Shown here one piece after another: positions 10,762 to 19,919 of a stretch of DNA of 43,189 nt (positions are counted from its first letter, which is position 1; each line of letters starts with the position of its first letter). The notes below the pieces were generated by a model that did not search any database, was not told where the DNA came from, and was given only the letters and a program-made list of their open reading frames with translations. The translations under genes and the position numbers were made by a program. This DNA is from Parvularia atlantis (lineage: Eukaryota), in NCBI GenBank assembly GCA_943704415.1, contig CALSCO010001072.1:1-43189 (forward strand), written 5' to 3'.

Positions 10762-13133
10762 ATGAACGACGCCAACGACGCCGAGAATGACGCCGAGAAC
10801 GACAACGCCAACGCCAACGACGACGACGCCAACGCCAACGACGACGACGACGACGACAACGCCAACGACGACAACGCCAACGACGACGACGACAACGCCA
10901 ACGACGACGACGACAACGCCAACGACGACGACGACAACGACGACGACGACGACGACAACGACAACGACGACGACGCAGAGAACGACAACGGCGAGGAGCA
11001 GCAGGCGGTCGAGCTCGACGACCCCGACGAGATCGCGGTCGAGCTTGACGACCCCGACGAGATCGCCGTCCCGCCGCAGGCGCTGCAGCTCGGGGAAGAG
11101 CACCAGTACGAGACCGACATAGAGGCGATCCTGCGGGCCCACGCGCCCTCGGCACTGCACTCGTACTCGTTCGACGAAGTGGAGCCGCTGCCCAAGGGCG
11201 TCGCAGTGCCGCCGTCGGACGAGCCGCCCGGTGCGTGAGACGCACGCGCGCTCTCCCTCTCGCTCACCGCACGCCGCGCATCGCAACGCAGCGTGCCCGT
11301 TCTGCCTCGACAACCTCGGACCGGACGCGGGCCGCACGCCGTGCCTGCACCCGATCTGCGGCGCGTGCGTGCGCAAGACGACCGACAAGGAGCGCAAGTG
11401 CCTCTTCCTCCACGGCATGTTGTACTGTCACGCGCCCTTCACCCGCGCCGACCTCTTCGTGCCCACGCCCGCGCCCGCCGAGCCGCCCATGTGCTCGTTC
11501 TGCCGCAAGCGCGCGGCCACGCACCGGTGCAGCACCTGCAGCCAGCCGTTCTGCTGGCGCGACGCCGACGTGCACGCCGACGTCGAGGAGGGCCACGTCG
11601 TGGCGGTCGAAGGGCACGGCTCGACGACGCTCACGTGCAAGGCGCACCCGCTCCGCCTCGCCACGCTCTACTGCGACTACTGCGACCAGTTTGCGTGCAG
11701 CGACTGCGTCGTCTCGCCGCACCAGCGCCACCCGTTCTTCCCGCTCGACAAGGGCTTCGAGAAGCAGCGCGACCTGACCGTGCTCCTGGCCAAGCGCCTG
11801 CTCGTGACGCAGCAGCAGTACCGCCTGGGCCTGCGCAAGATCGTGGCCGACGTCACCACGCTGGAGGAGCACAAGAAAGTCAGCCTGGGCAGCGTCGTCG
11901 ACTTTTTCGACCCGCTGATCAACCACCTCCACAGCAAGCTCGAGGCGCTGCGCGCGCCGGCACGCGCTCCTGGTTGATATCGACTGCGCCGTGACGGCCG
12001 ACATCAAGACGCTGCTTGAGCAGCAGGACGTGCTCATCCTCACGGACGAAAGCATCGTGCGCGCGCGCGCGTCCGCGGTCGCCTCGGACCCGTCGGCGGA
12101 CGAGGGCCAGAGCGCGCTCGCCCGCGAGCAGCTGATCGCGCGCATGCGCACGCTCATCGCGCAAGAGGTCCCGCACAAGGCCCTGGTCGAGCACACGACC
12201 ATCGTCTCGTTTGGCGTGCGCCCCACGCCCGCCGCCGCGCTCGACATCGACGCCAACTCGCTCGGCGTGATTGCGACGGTGGCCCTGCGCTCGCCCGAGC
12301 CGCTCAACATCCCCGGCAGCCTGATTGTGCCTCCGCCCGCGAGCGAGCGCCGCAACTACCGTGCGCTCGGCCAGCCCAAGGGCACGATCACGGTCGACGG
12401 GGCGGACGGGGTGCAGCCGACGTCGATGTCGCCGTACGGCGTGGCGTACACGAGCAAGGGCGAGCTGATCGTGGCCGAACGCGACAGCAAGTGCGTGCAC
12501 GTGTTTGCGGCCGATGGCTCGTTTGTGCGCAGTGTGTCCGTGTCGAGCCAGCCGCGCTTCCTGGCCGTGACGGCGGAGGACGACGTGTGGCTGCCGCTGC
12601 GCGATGCGCACCGGCTCGAGCGGATCAACATCGAGACGGGCGAGGTGCTGCAGACGATCAAGTGCGACCAGCCGTGGGGCCTGTGCCTGCTGCGCGACGG
12701 CTCGCTGATCGTGGGTTGCTACAACTCGCACAAGGTCGTGCGGCTCAACGCCGACGGTGCGCCGCTGTGGACGACGCTCAGCAGCAACACCGACAGCGTC
12801 GCTGGCATCGTGGCCATCCCCGAGGACAACATCATCGTCTATGCCGACTTTGGCAACAAGCAGCTGCAGGTGGTCCTGCTCAACACGGGCATGTACATCC
12901 GCTCGATCGGCGACGGCATGCTCAACAAGGTCGCCGGCCTGGCCTGGGACAGCGCCTCGCGTGTGCTCATCGTGGGCGAGGAGGACCAGCTCTCGGCGTG
13001 GACGATCGAGGGCCAGCGCGTGCACGTGTGGGCCAAGGGCGAGGTCTCGTACACGTGCGGCGTGAGCATCTCGCCGGTCGACCGGACGTTGGCCGTGCCG
13101 AGCAGCCAGGGCGGCTGCATACTGCTCTTTTGA
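10762..13133 (+). CDS. TRIM-NHL-like protein (acidic D/N N-terminus, RING, 2 B-boxes, coiled coil, NHL/beta-propeller), frameshifted near 11957
   Basis: One intron at 11231-11291. RING CPFC..CLHPICGAC, B-boxes CSFCRKRAATHRCSTC and CKAHP..YCDYCDQFACSDC..HQRH, NHL-like repeats SPYGVAYTSKGELIVAE and QPWGLCLLRDGSLIVG. The reading frame breaks at 11957-11958 (see findings). Confidence 0.8.
10765..11070 (+). repeat. Coding (AAC/GAC/GCC)n low-complexity tract (N/D/A) followed by a 30-nt direct repeat x2 (AVELDDPDEI)
   Basis: Read directly. The 30-nt units are at 11005-11034 and 11035-11064. Confidence 0.9.
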
Positions 13134-13198
13134 CGTATGTGTCGTGTGTGTGTGTGTGTGCTGACCGTCAGGTTGCAAGCCAAAAAAACATAGCGGTC

Positions 13199-14290
13199 TC
13201 ACGTCCGTGCGGGCTTGCGGCCCGCGCTCGCGCCGGCCGGCGACGTCTCGGGCGTATACGTGGCGTGCTCACCGACCGAGTAGCACGAGACGCAGTTGAG
13301 CAACCAGTAGCTGTCGACAACCTGCGTGGCGCAGGCGCGGACGGTCAGCACCCGGGACCTGCGGCAACGGCGACGACGCGGCGCCACCTGCTGCCGGCCG
13401 CGGATGTGCGCGTGCTGCGGCTGCGACAGGTCCAGGGTCGGGTCGTAAATGATGATCGGCTTGGACGTGTCGACGCGCTCGCCGTGGTGCCGCGGCGAGC
13501 CCGCCTGGCGACGGCGCGCGTCGGCGGCAGCGCGTGCACCGCGCAACACGCGCACCGGCAGCACCTTGCTGTTGGGCCGGTGCGTCAACAGGCGCGCCCC
13601 GCCCGCCGCGAGCAGGATCTCGAGCTCGTCGCGCGGCGGGGCGAGAAAGTCGCCGTAGAGGTACACCTTGCAAGACGAGAAGAGGCGCGGCGCCTGCGAG
13701 GGGCGCTTGCGTTTAAGCGGACGGCGCGTGGACGGTCGACGCGACTCGCGCACCCGGTTGAGCGCGGCGATGCGCGCGCGCCGCGGGCCACAGCCGCGCC
13801 CGAAGACCGTGTCGGCCTGCACCTCGAACGGCTCCTCTGGCAGCCACGTCTTGGCGGCGGCGGACTTCTCAAACCCTGCGGCGGCGCTGCTGTTGGTGGC
13901 GACCGTGCCAAGCGTGAGCGTGCAGCACGCACAGTCAAAGCTGACGATCCACGACCCGTTGAGGATGCCGAGCATGTACTTGCGCGTGCGGCGGCACTGC
14001 CCGCGCTCGTCGACCGAGGCGACGACGTGCGTGACCGCGAGCGGGTCGTAGTCGACGACAATGCGCGCGCGGCGCGAGATGGCCAGCGACGGGAAGTGCT
14101 TCTGCAGCACGGCCTGCGTGCGTGTGCAAGCACGCACGTCATCCACGTGCCCGTGCGTGCGCGCAGAGCTGCGCACCTTCTGCTCGTCGTTCAGTCCCGA
14201 CGTGACGATGCACACGTCAGCGTCCGGCGCGATGATCGGGATCGGCGTGCGCGGGGCCACGGGCGAGCGCACGGTCGCGGGCGCGGCGGG

Positions 14291-14324
<34 letters not shown>

Positions 14325-15716
14325 AGTGTGGGGGCGGGCGCGGGCTCGGGCGCCTCGGCCCGAGTGCGCTTGACGGGCGCGATGTCCTCGGATCGGGCGC
14401 GCCGGTGCCGCGTCGCCGTCGGCCGCTCGGGCTGCTGCTCGGGCAGGGAGCGTCTTGCTCGCTTACTCGGGGCCTCTGGCTCTGGTTGCGGTGCACGCTC
14501 GGGCTTTTGCTCTTGCTCTTGCTCTTGCTCTGGCTCTTGCTCGGGCTGTTGCTCGGGTTGTTGTTTGGGCTCGGGCTCGGGCTCGGGCTGACGGGCGCGG
14601 ATCTTGGGCGGCCGGCCACGCTTGCGTGCGGGTGCGGGCGGCGACGGCGCGTGCTCGGGCGTCTCGGCGCTCTGAGCGCTCCGTCCCCGTCTCAGGCGCG
14701 GCGGCTCCTCCTCCTGCTCCGGCTGCTCAGGCTCTGGCTGCTCAGGCTCGCCCTCGGGCTCTTGCTCTTGCTCCGGTGGCTCAGGCTCGGCCATGTCCTC
14801 CGCCCGCGCGACGACGGCGGCAGCGCGCACGGCCGGCGAGCCAATGTCGGGGGCGAACGGGTTGACGAGGAGGCTATCGACCTTCTGCAGCGCGATAACG
14901 GCGGCCCTGCGCGGCGTGCTCTGCGTCGCCATCAGGACTCGCAAAGCAAACGCAAACGCACGCGGACACACGCACCGAGCGGCTGCGCGGCGCCGTGGGC
15001 GCGGCCGGCAGCACGTGTGCGCGCTTGGTCGCACAGACGGCGCAGGCGCGCTTGAGCGGCGGGTTGACGAACGTGCAGACGGCGCACTCCCAGCCGCGCG
15101 GCCGGGCGTTCTCGTCAGCCAGAGGAAGCGGCGCGGGATCGGGCGATCGCAGCGTCGTCGGCTTGGCGGCCTCGGCTGCGGCGGGGCTGGACGAGGGCAT
15201 CGAGCTTGGCACGACGTGATGCTTGGGCGGGCGGCCGCGACGCGGCTGCTGCTGCTGCTCGTCGGCTGCTGCTGCGCGGCTCACATCTGCCGCGGCGTCG
15301 GCACGCGGCGGTTCGGGCTCGCCGTGCACGACGCGGCGCAGGTTGACGAAGAGGTTGGCCACGTTCTGCATGATCAGGTTGCGGCGCAGGTCGCAGACCC
15401 AGGCCGGCGTGGCGCAGACGGGGCAGTGCGCGGTGCGGCCGAGGTCGTCGACGATGCAGTCACTGCGATCGATGCGTGCGCGTGCGTGTGAGCATCGTCG
15501 TCGCGCTCACGGCAGCAGCAGCGGCAGCGGCACCGGCAGAAGTTGTGGTGGCACGTAGGGATCGTGTGCGCATCGCGCAGCGTCTGTGTGCTGCCGGGCC
15601 ATCCGCGTCAGCTGCGCGCAGCAGAGAGTTGCGCGCGTCACGGCGCACCACAGCGGGCAGGTCACCTCGGCCTCGAGCCGCGGCACCGTCGCCGCCAGCC
15701 GCGCGCCCAGCAGCAT
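13199..15716 (-). CDS. BRCA1/BARD1-family protein: C3HC4 RING, AT-hooks, RanBP2-type Zn finger, tandem BRCT (8 introns)
   Basis: Spliced RING CPLCTQTLRDAHTIPTCHHNFCRDCIVDDLGRTAHCPVCATPAWVCDLRRN, with BARD1-like CPVCxTPAW. ZnF WECAVCTFVNPPLKRACAVC. AT-hooks RRGRPPK and RKRGRPPK. BRCT motifs THVV..RTRKYMLGILNGSWIVSFDW, GPRRAR, RLFSSCKVYLYGDF and WLLNCVS. Confidence 0.85.
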
Positions 15717-15747
15717 CGCCAAACGGCCCAGTTCGAGCGGTTGACTA

Positions 15748-15761
15748 TTTTGGCGCGAAAA
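15748..15761. promoter_or_regulatory. Palindromic E2F-type site TTTTGGCGCGAAAA, 32 bp upstream of the BRCA1/BARD1-like ATG
   Basis: Matches the TTTSSCGC consensus on both strands. A weaker copy (TTTCGCCAAAAA) is at 15835-15846. Confidence 0.65.
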
Positions 15762-15851
15762 AAAATGGGGATATATACGTGGCTGTTTAGCAGGACATCT
15801 TTGCCCAGTGGACAGCGGGGACGCAGACGGCCTCTTTCGCCAAAAAGGATC

Positions 15852-17121
15852 ATGGCGGTAAGCGATCACGTGACCTGCAGCGCGCCTCTGTGCCCCACGC
15901 ACGCCCCGCCACCCACCCGCGCACGCCACCCGCACACCGACGGACGGACGGATGGATGGATGGATGGATGGATGGATGGATGGTCGGATGGGATGGGGCG
16001 GGGCACCGCCGAGCCCGCCTCAACGAATTTCCCTCACCCGCGGCGCGCGCGAACCCAGCCCAAGGCAGCCCCAGCCAAGACGGCCGCGTCGAAGAAGCCC
16101 GCCAAGGCCCCGCTGGCCAAGAAGGCCGCGGCCGAGAAGAAGCCCGAGAACCCGCTGATCGAGAAGCGGCCGAAGAACTTTGGCATCGGTGCGCCGCCGC
16201 CGCAGTGTGCCGCAAAGAGCGCGGCTCACAGTCGGACGCTCGCTCGCCCTCAGGCGGCAGCATTCGCCCGCGCGTCGACCTGGGCCGCTACGTCAAGTGG
16301 CCCAAGTACGTCCGGATCCAGCGCCAGCGGAGCATCCTCAAGCAGCGTCTCAAGGTCCCGCCGAGCCTCAACCAGTTCTCCAAGACGCTCGACAAGACCA
16401 CGGCCGTGACCCTGTTCAAGCTGCTCAACAAGTACCGCCCGGAGACGCGCCAGGAGAAGAAGGCGCGCCTGCTGGCGCTGGCGCAGGCCAAGGCCGACGG
16501 CAAGAAGGACGGTGCGGAGGGCTCGATATGCGACGCGTGCGGCGGAACGGCTCACGGCCCGCGTGCTTGCCTACCCGCGCAGAGCCGACCAAGAAGCCCG
16601 TCGTGGTCAAGTACGGCATCAACCACATCACGGCTCTGATCGAGAAGAAGAAGGCACTACTCGTCGTGATCGCCGACGACGTTGACCCGATCGAGGTGCG
16701 CTGCTCTTCCTCGCGTCGAACGTGTGCTCACAACATCCTCAGCTCGTCGTGTGGCTGCCCGCCCTCTGCCGCAAGATGGACGTGCCGTACTGCATCGTCA
16801 AGAGCAAGGCGCGCCTGGGCACGGTTGTGCACAAGAAGACGGCAACAGCGCTGGTCGTGACGGGCGTGCACAACGAGGACAAGAGCGATTTTACGCAGCT
16901 GATCGCGTCGGTGCGGGCCAAGTACAACGATCGCGTCGACGAGGTGCGTTGTTTTGCACTCGCGGCTGCGGTGTGCGGGGCGGCGCGCTGACTCGGCGCG
17001 CGGGGGGGCTTGGCAGATCCGGCGCCAGTGGGGCGGCGGTGTGCTCGGCATCAAGTCGCGCACGATGCTCGCCCAGCGGGAAAAGGCCAAGTCGAAGGAG
17101 CTCGCGGCCAAGAACGCGTGA
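15852..17121 (+). CDS. RPL7A: 60S ribosomal protein L7a (eL8), 5 introns
   Basis: ATG GCG|GTAAGC, with intron 1 at 15858-16058. Motifs [72 protein letters not shown] and RRQWGGG. TGA at 17119-17121. Confidence 0.98.
15942..15982. repeat. (GGAC)2(GGAT)8 tetranucleotide repeat in RPL7A intron 1
   Basis: Read directly. Confidence 0.95.
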
Positions 17122-17237
17122 GCGCGGCGCCCGATCTTTCCTCCCTCACCCCAATTGCGCGCGTTGTCCTGTGTGCTCTGGCTGCAAGAAGGGGCGGCGA
17201 GACACACACGCACACGCACACGCACACCCGCACACGC

Positions 17238-18268
17238 TCACTTCTTCTTCTTGGCCGCGAGGCGGTCGAGCACCAACTGCAGGTTGGCCTGGAACTCGGG
17301 GCTGCCGACGATGCGCGTGCTCATGCCCACGTCCTCGGCCGCGTCCTGGCGCATCTTGGCCGCGTGCGCCGCGCGGAGGATGTTCATCGTGAGGCGTTGG
17401 GCCGATTCAATCTTGCTGCAGGCCTCGAGCAGCTGCGCGTGCGCAGCCGCGTGCATCTCGTCCTCGCTGTCGAACGACTTGTCCACGAGGCCGACCTGGC
17501 GTGCGGCCCCGCGTGCACCGTCGGCAACCGCCACAACAAGGCGCGCGCGCGCGCACGCGCACCCTCTGCGCCTCCTCGGCCGGGATCGTCGCGCCGAGCG
17601 GCAGCAGGCGCTCGGACGCGGTATGGCCGATCGCCTGGACCGAGCGCTCGGTGATCCACGCGGGCACGGGCAGGCCGACGGCGACCTCGTTCAACCCGAG
17701 CAGCGTCTTGTTGCGGACCATGAAGCGGTAGTGGCACGCGAGCGCAAAGATCGTGCCGGCGCCTGCCGCAATGTGTCAGCCGCGCTGATCGGATCGATCG
17801 CACGCGCATCGCAGCCGCACCGGGCGCGTGGCCGTTGATCGCCGCGACCGAGATGAGCCGCGACGTGTACACGCGCAGGTAAAAGTCGCGCAGGCCCTCC
17901 CAGAACGGCTTCCAGGCGTCGACGCCGTTCTTGAACGTGAGCAGGTCGATGCCGGCGGTGAAGAAGCCCTTGACATCGCTCGTGAGCACGAGGCCGCGCA
18001 CGCGCCGGTCGCCCTCGAGCGTCGTGAGGGCCGTATGCAGCGCGGTGATCATCTCCTGCGCATCGTGTCGGTGATGTGAGTTCGCATCACCCCACCGACA
18101 CGCGCACGTGCGCACGGCGTTGACCGCGTTGGCCGGCGGCGCGCTCATCGTCACGACGCCGCACTGCGGCTGCCGCTCCTCGGCCAAACCCGGCACCGCC
18201 AGCGTCTTGAGCGCGACGCGCACCGGGCCGGCCGCGCTCGTCGACAGGCCACGGCGCAAGTGCAGCAT
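17238..18268 (-). CDS. ECI1: Mitochondrial enoyl-CoA delta isomerase 1-like crotonase (3 introns)
   Basis: Presequence-like MLHLRRGLSTS. Motifs PPANAVN, GFFTAGIDL, AAINGHAPGAGTIFALACHYRFM and LGLNEVAVG. Confidence 0.88.
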
Positions 18269-18306
18269 GGTGGCGAAAGTGTCACACTATCGAACATCGA
18301 GAGCTG

Positions 18307-19521
18307 ATGATGGACATCACGCCCCTGCCCCTGCTGGCGCTGCTGGCCGCGGCCGCGGCGCTGGCGGTGCTCGTGCTGCTGCGGGCGCGAGCGTCGGCGA
18401 GATCGGCGGCGGTGCTGCCTGCGGGTGCCGGTGTCGTCGCGCCGGGCTCGCGCGGCCGCGTGCTGTGCATCGTCAACCCGTTTGGCGGTGCAGGGGGCGC
18501 CCCGCGGCTGTTTCGAGCGGTGGTGCGGCCGGGGCTTGAGGCACGCGGGTACGAGGTGGAGCAGCGCGAGACGGCACGGCCGATGCACGCGTGGGAGATG
18601 GCGCGCGAGATCGCCGCGGACGCCGCGCTGCGCTGCAAGTACGCCGCCGTCTGCGTCGTCGGCGGCGACGGCCTCGTGCACGAGGTCATCAACGGGATGC
18701 AGGCCGCGGCCGGTGGCGACGCTGGCTCAAACGCACCGCTGCCGCCGCTGCTCGTCGTGCCCGCGGGCACGGGCAACGGCATCTTCACCAGCCTGCGGCC
18801 CGACCTGCGCCACGTGCCGAGGCCGCTCAAGGCCGCTAAGGCGGTCGCGTGTGAGACGCCGCTGGACGCGGACCTGATGCGCATCACGTCGCACGTCGCG
18901 GGCGCGCCGGGCAAGATCGAGACGTCGTACGGCATCCTCTCGATCGCGTACGGCAGCCTGGCCGACGGTGACCACCGGGTGCGGTGCCGCCTGGCCGTGC
19001 GCGCACCGGCTCGGACTCACTGAGAGCAAACGACGCAGGGCGAGAACGACCTGCGGTGGATGGGCCCGAACCTAGCGACGGTTGTAGCGGGCATCATCGC
19101 CATCGTGCTCAACAAGACGTACCGCGTGCGCCTGACCTACCGCGACGTCGACCGCGGGGCGGACGCGCCCGAGGTGACGGAGGAGGTCGACGTGTCGCTC
19201 GTGACAGGGATCAATGCGCCGTTTCTGACGTCGGACCTGTGGGCGCTGCCGTACGCCAAGCTGGACGACGGGCTGGTTCACCTGGTAACCCTCCCGCCGA
19301 CGTCGCGCTGGCGCCTCGCGCGCTTCTTCCTGAGCGTCGAGTCGGGCGAGCACGTGCACGAGCCGCTGCTGCGCGTCGTGCGCACGCGCGGGTTCGTGCT
19401 CGAGCCGCTGCCGAGCCCGGGCGACGGCAGCATCGGGCACGTGATGGCTGACGGCGAGACGGTGCCGGCGGGGCGTATCGAGGTCGTGAGCGTGCCGCGC
19501 GCTGTTCGTTTGCTGTCGTGA
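18307..19521 (+). CDS. Sphingosine/ceramide kinase-like DAGK-family lipid kinase with an N-terminal membrane anchor (1 intron)
   Basis: Motifs VNPFGG, VGGDGLVHEVINGM, PAGTGNG, LRWMG, PYAKLDDG and MADGE. N-terminal hydrophobic segment LPLLALLAAAAALAVLVLL. Confidence 0.88.
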
Positions 19522-19653
19522 TCCGTTTGTGAAGCACCTTGTGATGCGCAGCAAAGGCACTGAACCGCGGCCCACGAAAAAAAAAAAAACAACAACATCG
19601 GGACGCCTGCGTCCACTGGCAGCCGAGACGATCGTGACGGCGCGGGATGAAAA

Positions 19654-19868
19654 AGAGCAACGACTTGAAAGCACAGCGAGCAACGAAAGGCAGAGCGAGC
19701 AATGAAAGGCAGAGCGAGCAACGGAGTGAGCGAGCAGAGGAGTGAGCGAGCAATGAAAGGCCGAGCATTCAGTTGAAAAGCAGAGCAACGAAAAGGCAGT
19801 GCGAGCAACGGAGTGAGCGAACAACGAAAGGCCGAGCATTGAAAAGCAGGGCAACGAAAGGCAGACCG
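19654..19868. repeat. Purine-rich degenerate intergenic minisatellite with a higher-order duplication
   Basis: Units resemble GCGAGCAAYGAAAGGCAGA and GCAACGGAGTGAGCGA. The block GCAACGGAGTGAGCGA..GAAAGGCCGAGCATT..GAAAAGCAG..GCAACGAAA(A)GGCAG occurs twice. Confidence 0.85.
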
Positions 19869-19919
19869 AGTCGATTGTACGTAGTTCGAATCTCGCCATC
19901 GACACCGTGAGGGCCGACC

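Noticed and set aside
12491..15055. 854-aa plus-strand ORF, and other long ORFs such as 7522-8931, 21630-22550 and 28759-30018
   Set aside because: These are antisense or off-frame shadows of real genes. Stops are rare at this GC content, and the translations are R/A/G-rich with no domain motifs.
15858..16058. Intronic snoRNA in RPL7A (vertebrate RPL7A hosts C/D snoRNAs)
   Set aside because: No RTGATGA/CTGA box pair or convincing H/ACA layout was found.
19654..19868. Possible CRISPR array
   Set aside because: The repeats are degenerate and abutting, with no unique spacers. There are no cas genes and the context is eukaryotic.
19840..19905. tRNA suggested by GTTCGAATC
   Set aside because: The flanks do not form a T-stem or acceptor stem, and no D or anticodon arms are present.
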